A stretch of 64,000 nt of DNA from contig JAHLAX010000005.1 of NCBI GenBank assembly GCA_020625875.1, positions 20,903 to 84,902 of the forward strand. The letters are read 5' to 3'. This document shows, one piece after another, positions 20,139 to 29,582 of this stretch. Source of the DNA: a bacterium (lineage in GTDB: Bacteria; Bacillota; Clostridia; Oscillospirales; Acutalibacteraceae). Each line of letters starts with the position of its first letter. Position 1 is the first letter of the stretch. A model generated the notes under the pieces. It did not search any database. It was not told the DNA's origin and saw nothing but the letters and a program-made list of their open reading frames with translations. The translations under genes and the position numbers were made by a program.

Positions 20139-21175
20139 TTGACAGACAGACAGACAGGGTTGACTATATTGATGTAGCTAAAGGTATAGGTGTACTTTTA
20201 GTGATATTAGGACATACTATAAATATGTCTTCGGTTCTTTATTCATCAATTTATAGTTTTCATATGCCGATGTTTTTTGTTTTGTCAGGTTTGTTTGCTA
20301 ATGCTAACAGGTATTGTTTTAAACATTACTTATTCAGAAAAACAAAACAGCTTTTGATACCATATATAGTATGTTTTTTTGTTGGTTTATTAGTTTCGCT
20401 TATTATACCTGGCTGGCATAATTTTAATGTTGTAGAATTATTATTTTCATTTTTTAGATTCTCCAGTCTTGATACAACACTTGTAAATGTTGCTCCGATA
20501 TGGTTTTTGTTATGTCTTTATATTGTCTCGTTATTGTTTTTTCCTTTATATCATGTTTTAAAAAAACAAAACCCAGTTTTTAATTTTTTGATAATCACAG
20601 TGCTTATTTTTATTTCTTATGTTAGAACAGATTTTATAAGATATGAAGGGCATTTTCCTTTATGTCTTGATATAGTACCTATGGCATTGGTGTTTTATTC
20701 CATTGGATTCATTTATAATAAAGCATTTTTGAATACTATTTTCCTTGGAAAAAGTAGAATATGGATTATAATAATTTGTTTGTTTGTTGTTTCAATTCTG
20801 CCATACAACTCATTAGGAGTTGTAAAAATGGCATATAATTATTATGGATCTGATTGGCTGATCTTTTTTATATGTGCAATGTGTGGAACTATTATGGTTC
20901 TAGTGTTGTCTACTTATTTATCAAAATCTAAACTGCTCAAATACATAGGAGAAAATTCAATTATTATTTTTGCGTTTCATTGTATTTTAACACGATGCTA
21001 TCCAATTATTTTATCTTGTTTGTTTTGTGAAAAAATAACTAGAGAGAATATGAGTGTTTTTGAAACTTTAGTTGAGTTTATTTTAGTATCATTAATAATG
21101 GTTGTATTATCGATGATTTATAACAAACTAAAAAAGTCTGTATGTTTTTTTAGTAAGAAAATGATTAATCGATAA
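20139..21175 (+). CDS. Acyltransferase-3 (O-acetyltransferase), 5' end frameshifted by an (ACAG)4 tract, predicted phase-OFF
   Basis: Family N-terminal motif RVDYIDVAKGIG..LVILGH begins at 20156, upstream of the tracked GTG 20201; FHMPMFFVLSG and WFL motifs; the RBS-linked TTG at 20139 is out of frame. Confidence 0.85.
20142..20157 (+). repeat. (ACAG)4 simple sequence repeat directly after the TTG start
   Basis: ttg acag acag acag acag gg. Confidence 0.95.
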
Positions 21176-21214
21176 TCTTATATATTTTATGGATGAATTA
21201 TTTATGAGGTTGAT

Positions 21215-21874
21215 ATGATGACCGTAGCAATAGTTCCGATGAAACTGAATAACCGCAGACTACCGCAAAAGAACACCAAGTCTTTTACAAACGGCAAGCC
21301 TCTTTGTTGTTATATCCTGTCCACCTTGCTTGAGGTCGACGGAATTGATGAGGTTTATGTTTATTGCAGCAATCCCGATATCTGCGATTTTATTCCTGAG
21401 GGCGTAAAGTATTTGCGCAGAAGCGAGTCTTTGGATCAGGATACCACAAAGATGAACGAGGTTTTAAAAGCTTTTGCTGCTGATGTTCCCGCGAATGTGT
21501 ATGTTATGACACACACAACGGCGCCGTTTATATCAAAAGAATCCATAGAAAAAGGTCTTTCAGCTGTAGTGAGCGGGGAATATGACTCCTCATTTGCGGC
21601 GAAGAAACTTCAGGATTTTTTATGGAAAGACGGCAAGCCGTTTAATTACGAGCTCGATAATATACCGAGAACTCAGGATTTACCACCGTTATTTGAGGAA
21701 ACAAGTGGATTTTACATTTACAAAAGCGAAGTTATGACAAAGTTTGGTCGCCGAATAGGGGATAAGCCGTTTATAGTTGAAGTAAGTGAAATCGAGAGCA
21801 TCGATATAGATGAGCCTGAAGATTTTATGATTGCCGACGCTATATATAATCATTTGTATAAAGATAAGGATTAA
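21215..21874 (+). CDS. Acylneuraminate/KDO-type cytidylyltransferase (CMP-sugar synthetase family)
   Basis: VPMKLNNRRLPQKN, HTTAPF, PRTQDL, ESIDIDEPEDF. Confidence 0.88.
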   Translation: MMTVAIVPMKLNNRRLPQKNTKSFTNGKPLCCYILSTLLEVDGIDEVYVYCSNPDICDFIPEGVKYLRRSESLDQDTTKMNEVLKAFAADVPANVYVMTHTTAPFISKESIEKGLSAVVSGEYDSSFAAKKLQDFLWKDGKPFNYELDNIPRTQDLPPLFEETSGFYIYKSEVMTKFGRRIGDKPFIVEVSEIESIDIDEPEDFMIADAIYNHLYKDKD

Positions 21875-21880
21875 TAGTAT

Positions 21881-23452
21881 ATGAATAAAATTAGTATACT
21901 TGACTGCACGCTCCGTGACGGCGGATATTGCAATAATTGGGAATTCGGGTTTGATAACATCCGGAAGATTACCGATGGAGTTGTAAACGCAGGTATTGAG
22001 ATTGTTGAGTGTGGTTTTCTAACCAACAAAATCAAATATAATAAAGACGCTTCAAAATATACAACACTTGAAGAGATTGCGGCTGTAATTCCCGAAAACC
22101 GAAATGGTAAGATTTTCGTTGCTATGATGAATTACGGCGAATATAATCTGGACGAGCTTCCCGCTTGCGACGGCAAGTCAATTGACGGTATTCGTCTTGC
22201 TTTTCATAAAAAGGACTTGGCGGAAGCAATGGAGGTATGCGAGAAGATAAAAGAGAAGGGGTACCTTGTCTTTATTCAGGCTATGGTTTCGCTCGCGTAT
22301 TCCGATAACGAGTTCTTAAGCCTCATAAACCGCGTAAACGAAATCCAACCTTATGCTTTCTACATAGTTGATAGTTTCGGTATGATGAAAAGCAAGGATT
22401 TAATTAGGCTTTTCTATGTGGTTGAGCATAATCTTGATGAGAATATCTGGATTGGTTTCCATTCTCATAATAACTTGCAACTCGCCTACTCAAACGCGCA
22501 GACATTATGCACCGTAACAACAAACAGAAATCTGATTATCGATTCATCTATATACGGAATGGGTAGAGGTGCGGGCAATCTTAACACAGAGCTTTTTGTT
22601 AATTATCTTAACGAAAACGCTGATAAGAATTATGATATCAAACCGCTTCTTACCATAATTGATGAGATTCTCAATGAGTTTTATCAGCGCAATTATTGGG
22701 GATATTCTCTTCCGAATTACCTTTCCGCTTCACACAACGCTCATCCCAATTATGCCGGTTATCTTGACGATAAGAAAACGCTCACAGTTGATGATATGGA
22801 CGAGATTTTCTCGATGATGGACGATGAGAAAAAGGTGCATTTTGACAGCAATTATATCGAAAAGCTTTATATAAGCTATATGGAAAAAGGTACTGTCAAC
22901 AACAAGCATATAGAAGACTTGAAAGTAGCTGTTGACAGGAAAAAGCTTCTTTTAATAGCTCCGGGCAAAAGCTCAACAGACGAAAAAGATAAAGTTATTT
23001 CTTTTATGGAAAATAAAGATACTGTTGCTGTCAGCGTTAACTTTGCCTATGATAAAGTTGACTATATTTTTCTCAGTAACTTAAGACGTTTCAAAGAACT
23101 TGAAAACAATGAAAAGGGAAAGTGTATTGTAACTTCTAATATTTCGACAAGCGATGCGTACTTGCAAACCCCTTACAAAGCTCTTTTGAATAACGAGGTA
23201 GCAGTCAAGGATAACGCGGGGTTGATGGCGATTAAACTCTTTATCTCTCTCGGCGTCAAGGATATTTATCTCGCTGGTTTTGATGGCTATACACATGATG
23301 TTAAAGAGAATTACGGTGATACTAAGCTTGAGTTTATCAGCAAAAACGCTGTACTTGACGCTATGAATGAAGGGATGAATAAGGTGCTTGCTCAGTATAG
23401 CCAAACAGTTAGGATTAATTTTATTACTGAACCCAAGCATTTACATATATAA
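21881..23452 (+). CDS. DRE-TIM (HMGL-like) aldolase/synthase with a C-terminal Maf/MptE-like domain
   Basis: LDCTLRDGGY, VDSFG, GFHSHNN, GMGRGAGNLNTE; C-terminal IAPGKS and IYLAGFDG. Confidence 0.85.
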   Translation: MNKISILDCTLRDGGYCNNWEFGFDNIRKITDGVVNAGIEIVECGFLTNKIKYNKDASKYTTLEEIAAVIPENRNGKIFVAMMNYGEYNLDELPACDGKSIDGIRLAFHKKDLAEAMEVCEKIKEKGYLVFIQAMVSLAYSDNEFLSLINRVNEIQPYAFYIVDSFGMMKSKDLIRLFYVVEHNLDENIWIGFHSHNNLQLAYSNAQTLCTVTTNRNLIIDSSIYGMGRGAGNLNTELFVNYLNENADKNYDIKPLLTIIDEILNEFYQRNYWGYSLPNYLSASHNAHPNYAGYLDDKKTLTVDDMDEIFSMMDDEKKVHFDSNYIEKLYISYMEKGTVNNKHIEDLKVAVDRKKLLLIAPGKSSTDEKDKVISFMENKDTVAVSVNFAYDKVDYIFLSNLRRFKELENNEKGKCIVTSNISTSDAYLQTPYKALLNNEVAVKDNAGLMAIKLFISLGVKDIYLAGFDGYTHDVKENYGDTKLEFISKNAVLDAMNEGMNKVLAQYSQTVRINFITEPKHLHI

Positions 23453-23463
23453 TCGGAGGGATT

Positions 23464-24489
23464 ATGAAAGTACTGTGTTTCGGAGAGCTTTTGTTGAGGC
23501 TTTCCTCACCCGGATATACCAGGCTGTTTCAGAAGGATACTTTGGACGCTACATTCTGCGGTGGTGAAGCCAATGTCTCGGTTTCACTTGCAAACTTCGG
23601 AATTGAAAGCGAATTTGTTACAAAGCTTCCCGATAACGATGTCGGCAGAGCGGCGGAAAAATCCTTAAAATATTTCGGTGTAAATACCGATAAGATTGTC
23701 TACGGTGACGGAAGAATGGGGCTCTATTATCTTGAAAAAGGAGCGTCTCAGCGTTCGTCAAAGGTTATTTATGACAGAGCTTATTCCGCGATAGCATTAG
23801 CTGATAAGGAAGATTTCGATTGGGACAAGCTTTTTGACGGCGTAACATGGTTCCACTGGACAGGTATTAATCCCGCGCTTGGAGATAATGTCGCTGAGAT
23901 TTGTGAACTGGCTTGTAAAAAAGCTAAAGAAAAAGGTTTAACAGTCTCCTGCGATTTAAACTACCGTAAGAATCTTTGGACAAGCGAAAAAGCTCAGAAG
24001 GTTATGAGTAAGTTAATGCCTTATGTGGATGTCTGTATCGCTAATGAGGAGGACGCTGATAAGGTGCTCGGAATCAAGGCGGACAATACTGATATTGAAA
24101 ACGGTGAGTTGAGTATTGACGGTTATAAGAAAGTTGCTGCTGAGATTTGTGATACTTACGGTTGTGAGAAGGTTGCGATTACCTTAAGAAAGAGCTTTTC
24201 CGCAAGCCGTAACGGGTGGAGCGGACTTATATATGATAATCATTCCAAAGAGTACATTCACTCTACAGAATATGATATTCAAATTGTAGATCGTGTAGGC
24301 GGCGGCGACAGCTTTACTGCAGGTGTGATTTATGGTATAATAAACGGAATGACCGATAAATATACCATAGAGTTTGCGGCGGCTGCAAGCTGCCTCAAAC
24401 ACACAATCGAAGGCGATTTTAATCGTGTCACTGTTCAGGATGTCAAATCTCTGCTCCAAAACGGCGGCAACGGCAGAGTGCAGAGGTAA
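23464..24489 (+). CDS. PfkB-family sugar kinase, 2-keto-3-deoxygluconate kinase-like
   Basis: FGELLLRLS, GGEANV, YDRA, DLNYR, ANEED, DRVGGGDSF, C-terminal GRVQR. Confidence 0.9.
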   Translation: MKVLCFGELLLRLSSPGYTRLFQKDTLDATFCGGEANVSVSLANFGIESEFVTKLPDNDVGRAAEKSLKYFGVNTDKIVYGDGRMGLYYLEKGASQRSSKVIYDRAYSAIALADKEDFDWDKLFDGVTWFHWTGINPALGDNVAEICELACKKAKEKGLTVSCDLNYRKNLWTSEKAQKVMSKLMPYVDVCIANEEDADKVLGIKADNTDIENGELSIDGYKKVAAEICDTYGCEKVAITLRKSFSASRNGWSGLIYDNHSKEYIHSTEYDIQIVDRVGGGDSFTAGVIYGIINGMTDKYTIEFAAAASCLKHTIEGDFNRVTVQDVKSLLQNGGNGRVQR

Positions 24490-24499
24490 TATTGATATA

Positions 24500-24726
24500 A
24501 TGCAAGATGTAATGAAAAAATAATGTTGCATAAAAGAAAACTGCGCATAGATTGGCGACGATATTTTTGATATTACTTGTATGAAAGAGTGTGCTATAGC
24601 TGCTTGTCAGCTGACGCAGTTCAGAAAGTGAAAGATATATGCCAATATGTATGTAATAACAACGCAGGACACAGCGCGGTTAGAGATCTTATAGAATTCT
24701 GCAAGAATAGGGTTGTTAATAATTAG
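24500..24726 (+). pseudogene. KdsC-like HAD phosphatase remnant (C-terminal half, stop codon and frameshift)
   Basis: Manual translation: KENCA*IGDDIFDITCMKECAIAAC / ADAVQKVKDICQYVCNNNAGHSAVRDLIEF. Confidence 0.8.
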
Positions 24727-24794
24727 TGAAATAGCAAGTCGCTTGACAGACAGTATAATATAATTTTTTTAATAATTGTATCAGGTAGCATTAA

Positions 24795-26210
24795 ATGAAT
24801 ACGTTTCTTAATTGTTTCGAAAAAAAACAGAATAGGTTTTTATTTATCTTAATTGTGTTTGTATTATTATTTGTCGTAAATTGTTTGATTAATTTATCTC
24901 AACCGTATATGATTCCCTTAATTTTTTTAAGTTTCTGCCTGCTGATTGTATTATTTGCTTTTTGTTATTATTTAGTAAAAAAATACTGTGAAAAAGAGTA
25001 CTACAGATTAATTATAGTTTTATGGAGTATTGTATCTATTTTAGGGTTGATTATATACTGCATATTTCTTTTTAATCGCAGTATGACATATGTAGATGAT
25101 CATACAGTATATTTTAATTCTCAAGATGAGCTTTTGAATCTTTTTAAGGATAATCCTTTGAAAGGATTTGCAGGTATTGTTTTTAGTTTGTGGAACAGTG
25201 ATTATTCGTATTTTATTACAGTTTTATTAGCTTTTCCATTTTCATTTACTAATGGCAGTCATGAAGCTCATATTATCTGTTACTATTTGATTTTCGTTGT
25301 ACCTTTTTATCTTTCTGCTAATATTTTAACTTTGAATATTGCAAAAAAAGCTAATGTGAAAAGTAAAACAACAGTAGTGATTATAGTGAATATATGTATG
25401 TTGTTATTTCCATTATTGCATTTTGCTTCACTATTGGGAATGCCTGATATTTTTGGCTTGTTTTTTTGCTTTAGTATAATGCTGTTACTTATAAATAATA
25501 GTTTCGATAAATTCAATTGGAAATTTGCTTCTATTTTTACTCTTTTGGTTATTTCACTAGTTGTTACCAGAAGGTGGTATATTTTTTGGCTTATTGGTTT
25601 TTTGCCTTCAATTTTTATCTTTGTATTATTTAACGGTATTATAAACAAAAGTATTAAAGCGAAAATAGTGGTACTAAACGAGATTAAAACTTTTGCTTTT
25701 CTCGGAGTGGGTGCTCTTGTTTTTCTTGCACCGTTCATTTATCGAACTTTATTTGTTCGTAATTATTCTGAAGAGTACTCTGCTTGGTATTTGGGCGGAT
25801 TTCCGTTTGAGATTTATAATCAACTTGGCTACTTAGGGATAATATTGGCAGTTTTGCTAATTATAGGTTTGATTTACGGAATTGTAGAAAAGCCGCTAAG
25901 GATAATAACACTATCGTGTATTACAGGTTTTTTCTTAACGGTTTTTTCCTTTACATTAATTCAAAATATGGGAAAACATCAGTCTCTTTGTCTGTTCCCT
26001 TATTATGCCGTATTTCTGATTAGCTTTATAATAATGTCAAACAAGCGAAATAACAAATATGTCAGAATATTGTTGAACACAATTATAATAATAGTGTTTG
26101 TTTTAAACGCTATGTCATCAATACTTATTTGGTTTGATGATTTGGATGGAGTTTTTTGCTTTACAAAATATGCAATATCAAGCAGATTTAAATGGGTATT
26201 TGGAGTTTAA
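24795..26210 (+). CDS. Polytopic membrane protein, possible GT-C fold glycosyltransferase
   Basis: Many TM segments; acidic DD motif in the first large loop (YVDDHTVY), PD and RRWY motifs; very AT-rich. Confidence 0.5.
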   Translation: MNTFLNCFEKKQNRFLFILIVFVLLFVVNCLINLSQPYMIPLIFLSFCLLIVLFAFCYYLVKKYCEKEYYRLIIVLWSIVSILGLIIYCIFLFNRSMTYVDDHTVYFNSQDELLNLFKDNPLKGFAGIVFSLWNSDYSYFITVLLAFPFSFTNGSHEAHIICYYLIFVVPFYLSANILTLNIAKKANVKSKTTVVIIVNICMLLFPLLHFASLLGMPDIFGLFFCFSIMLLLINNSFDKFNWKFASIFTLLVISLVVTRRWYIFWLIGFLPSIFIFVLFNGIINKSIKAKIVVLNEIKTFAFLGVGALVFLAPFIYRTLFVRNYSEEYSAWYLGGFPFEIYNQLGYLGIILAVLLIIGLIYGIVEKPLRIITLSCITGFFLTVFSFTLIQNMGKHQSLCLFPYYAVFLISFIIMSNKRNNKYVRILLNTIIIIVFVLNAMSSILIWFDDLDGVFCFTKYAISSRFKWVFGV

Positions 26211-26225
26211 AAGGAATAGAATTAT

Positions 26226-27290
26226 ATGCCGACAACAGTAATAATAACGCTGTTTTCTCTAGCTATATTAGCATTTATTGCCATTGGAGGAATAGCAAGT
26301 TCAAAAGTAACAACAGAATCAACTTTCTTTTCAATTGAGCAAACTCATTGGTTAAGAAGTATTGCAATACTAATGATAATGTTCTCACATTTCTTACCGT
26401 TAGCAGGTTTAACATACGGTGACGGTATATTATCATTATGTTTAGATTTTGGATATTTGGGAGTTGCTGTTTTCTTTTTGTTATCTGGTTATTCTTTAAT
26501 GATTTCAAAGGTTAATAAACCTGACTATTTGAAAGGTTTTATTAAAAAGCGTTTAATTCGATTATATGTTCCGTTTTTAATAGTATGTCTGTTGGATGTT
26601 ATAGTAATGCTTATTATGGGTAATCAAATTGTCTTAAAAGATCTACTTTTTATTCCTTTGATGTCTTTACCCGGAACTCTGAACTGGTACTTAAAAGTGC
26701 AACTGGGACTATATATAGTTTTCTATATATTAGCAAGATTAATAAAGAAGAATAACGCTTTGATTATTTCTACATTTGCTGTTTGTATAGTTTATATGAT
26801 TATAGGTTACTTTACTGGAATAACAGCCCACTGGTATGAGGGAGTCTTTGCGTTCCCTTTGGGCATGCTTATTGCTCAGAATAAAGAGTGTGTTTTTGCC
26901 TTTCTGAGCAGAAGATACATTATTTCCTTGATTGCATCTGTTATTGTTTTTGGATGTTGCTTTTTCCCATATTATGTTTTTGGTGGCACTTTGTTTGAAA
27001 TTCTTTTTATATTCGGATTTTTACAGTTTATTGTATGTTTATGTGCTAAATTTGCGGGAAGCCCAAGAAGTAAGATTTTTACATATTTGGGTGTTATTTC
27101 GCTTGAGCTATATTTGGTTCATACTGTAATAAACAGTAACTTTATCTCAACTATACATCTTGAAAAACAAAGTACATTAATTGGAATAGTTGTATTACTA
27201 TGTTTCTTACTTGGTTCGATTGTTGTGAGTGTGATAGTAAAAAAAATAAGTGATAAAACCAGTAGTTTTCTTTTGAAACAGAAAAGGTGA
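26226..27290 (+). CDS. Acyltransferase-3 family protein
   Basis: LRSIAILMIMFSH, GVAVFFLLSGY, KKRLIRLY, WY, SLELYLVH. Confidence 0.88.
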   Translation: MPTTVIITLFSLAILAFIAIGGIASSKVTTESTFFSIEQTHWLRSIAILMIMFSHFLPLAGLTYGDGILSLCLDFGYLGVAVFFLLSGYSLMISKVNKPDYLKGFIKKRLIRLYVPFLIVCLLDVIVMLIMGNQIVLKDLLFIPLMSLPGTLNWYLKVQLGLYIVFYILARLIKKNNALIISTFAVCIVYMIIGYFTGITAHWYEGVFAFPLGMLIAQNKECVFAFLSRRYIISLIASVIVFGCCFFPYYVFGGTLFEILFIFGFLQFIVCLCAKFAGSPRSKIFTYLGVISLELYLVHTVINSNFISTIHLEKQSTLIGIVVLLCFLLGSIVVSVIVKKISDKTSSFLLKQKR

Positions 27291-27297
27291 ATATGTA

Positions 27298-28143
27298 ATG
27301 AAAAAAACGATTACCGTAGCCACGGCATGTTATGATCGAGATTGGAGAATCATTTTATCCGAAGGTTATCTTACGAAGATTTTTGCTCGATTCAATTACA
27401 ATTTTGACAAAAAGATACTTATTATTAATACATCAAAAAAGAATAATGAGATAAAGGAAGCAGCTCTTCGTGCTGTGTCTTCAGGCGATATAGATGAATT
27501 CTATTTTACTGAGGATATAAAAAACGAAGTAATGGATTTTTTTAATATTAAAGACTTCATTTATACCGATTATTTTTCTTTATTTAAAAAGGGTTTTGAT
27601 GTTTCTGCAGCAAAGCGTTTTTATCATTTTTATTTCAAAAAAAAAGGAAAATCAAAATTTGTGTCAATAAGAAAAAAACAGTATGATTGTATAGATTATT
27701 CCATAAGTCCGCTGTGTGCGATTTATAAAGCGCAAACTGATTGCCTTTTGTATTTCACGGAAGATTGCGCGATGAATGATAACAGCGGCTCTGAATGGAT
27801 TGAAAAAGCTATATGTTTATTGGATAAGGAAGAATACATAGCGGCTCGACCTATAGATGAGGATTTAGATATCAGATACTTTGAGGAATATGACAAGGAT
27901 GACGAGTTCTATATTTCATATTTATTTACGGACAGAATGTTTTTGTCGAATGTTAGCGACTTAAAAGCAATTGATTATAATTGTGAAGACCAGCATAAAT
28001 ACCCTCCATACGGCGGAGCGGGCTTTGAAGCCAAAGTCTATAATTATATGGCTGTGAATAATAAGTTTATGTTAATTAGCCAAAACGAGAAGTATATTCA
28101 TGAATATGACGAGTATATGAATGAAATAAACATGCCAGATTAA
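27298..28143 (+). CDS. Hypothetical protein, possible GT-A-like glycosyltransferase
   Basis: Operon context; LLYFTEDC resembles a DxD-type motif. Confidence 0.45.
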   Translation: MKKTITVATACYDRDWRIILSEGYLTKIFARFNYNFDKKILIINTSKKNNEIKEAALRAVSSGDIDEFYFTEDIKNEVMDFFNIKDFIYTDYFSLFKKGFDVSAAKRFYHFYFKKKGKSKFVSIRKKQYDCIDYSISPLCAIYKAQTDCLLYFTEDCAMNDNSGSEWIEKAICLLDKEEYIAARPIDEDLDIRYFEEYDKDDEFYISYLFTDRMFLSNVSDLKAIDYNCEDQHKYPPYGGAGFEAKVYNYMAVNNKFMLISQNEKYIHEYDEYMNEINMPD

Positions 28144-28207
28144 TATATTTTGTTAGTATTTCAATCTGTTGTATAACTAGCTTAGAAAGAATAAAGTGGA
28201 GGTTTTT

Positions 28208-29158
28208 ATGAAAAAAAATGATGTTTCTATTATAATCCTTTCTTATAATCCAGTATTAAGCAAATTGTTAAATACTATTAAGTCGGCAATTGTACAAAAA
28301 GATGTTGATTTTGAAGTGATTGTTGCTGACGATGGCTCAAAAAATAGTTTCGAAAAAGAAATAACAAGTTTTTTTAATAAAAACAATTTTTACAATTATA
28401 AACTTGTATTTAATAAGCAAAATAACGGAACGGTTAAGAATGCTCTAAGCGGGTTAAAAGTAGCTTCAGGAGAATATGTATATTTGGTATCTCAAGGTGA
28501 TTATATTTTTGATGAATTTGTAATATCTGATTTTTATCAATTTGCAAAACAAAACAAAGCAAAAGTATGTTTTGGAGACTATGTTAATTATTCTCTTAGC
28601 GATGATTTGAATATAAATACAGATATTCTTTTTCCGCCGATAGTATCGGTGTATCAAAAAGGTTTTAAATATTACAAAACATCATTTTTCCTTGGTGGGA
28701 ACATAATGGGAGCATCTTTTTTGCGTGAACGCATTTTTGCGATTGAAAGTTTTGAAAATATTAGTAAGTACTCCAAATATACAGAGGATACTACCTCTAC
28801 AGCATATGCATTGATGAATAATATCAGGGTTTATTATTTCCAAAGAAAAATTGTATGGTACGAGTCAAATACAGGGATTCATTCCAGTAGTGACGATTGG
28901 CAAAAACGTATGAAAAGAGATGTACATAACACTTATAGAGCTCTATTAGCACAATACCCGCATGATAGAGTATTGGATGCAGGAGTGATGCTTACTGGGG
29001 ACATTTTGGCTGATGCAAATGTATTTAGTCAAAATGCAAGGATTTTTATCAAACATCCAATTATTTGTATACGAAAAAAGATGATTAATCGTTTGCCTAA
29101 AAGAGTTATAACTGTTTCAGAAAAAGAGATTGAGTACCTAAAGTCAATTATTTCATAG
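28208..29158 (+). CDS. Glycosyltransferase family 2
   Basis: VSIIILSYN, VADDGS, NNGTVKN; ATG 28208 follows ggagg. Confidence 0.88.
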   Translation: MKKNDVSIIILSYNPVLSKLLNTIKSAIVQKDVDFEVIVADDGSKNSFEKEITSFFNKNNFYNYKLVFNKQNNGTVKNALSGLKVASGEYVYLVSQGDYIFDEFVISDFYQFAKQNKAKVCFGDYVNYSLSDDLNINTDILFPPIVSVYQKGFKYYKTSFFLGGNIMGASFLRERIFAIESFENISKYSKYTEDTTSTAYALMNNIRVYYFQRKIVWYESNTGIHSSSDDWQKRMKRDVHNTYRALLAQYPHDRVLDAGVMLTGDILADANVFSQNARIFIKHPIICIRKKMINRLPKRVITVSEKEIEYLKSIIS

Positions 29159-29171
29159 AGTGAGGGTTAAT

Positions 29172-29576
29172 ATGCAAGTAGTAAAGTATGTATTCCAACC
29201 TCATGGTGATGATAGAGGACAATTAGTTGCCTTGGAGGAAATTAAGGATATACCATTCAAAATAAAAAGAGTTTATTATATGTATGACACCAAAGAGGGT
29301 GTTGTACGTGGTTATCATGCCCACAAAAACCTCCAACAGATTCTTGTATGCATTCATGGTAGTTGCAAGATTCGTCTTGATGACGGCAAAGAAAAGAAAA
29401 TCATCCCTCTCGAAAAGCCATATGAAGGTTTATATGTGTCCAACAATATGTGGAGAGAAATGTTTGATTTTTCACCCGACGCGGTATTGATGGTGCTCGC
29501 TTCTGAACTCTATGATGAATCTGATTACATAAGAGATTATGATGAGTTTTTGAAGAGCGTAAGTATAGAAGGGTAG
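29172..29576 (+). CDS. dTDP-4-keto-6-deoxyhexose 3,4-ketoisomerase (FdtA/QdtA cupin family)
   Basis: DDRGQL, IKRVYY, RGYHAHK, VLASELYDESDYIRDY. Confidence 0.93.
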   Translation: MQVVKYVFQPHGDDRGQLVALEEIKDIPFKIKRVYYMYDTKEGVVRGYHAHKNLQQILVCIHGSCKIRLDDGKEKKIIPLEKPYEGLYVSNNMWREMFDFSPDAVLMVLASELYDESDYIRDYDEFLKSVSIEG

Positions 29577-29582
29577 AAACAA

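Noticed and set aside
24743-24764. ttgacagacag as a second phase-variable start or as a promoter
   Set aside because: Only two ACAG units, not in frame with ATG 24795; TTGACA-to-TATAAT spacing is 5 or 10 nt.
27637-27645. A9 run (and other A8 runs) as phase-variation tracts
   Set aside because: Expected by chance in very AT-rich, Lys-rich genes, and the reading frames are intact.
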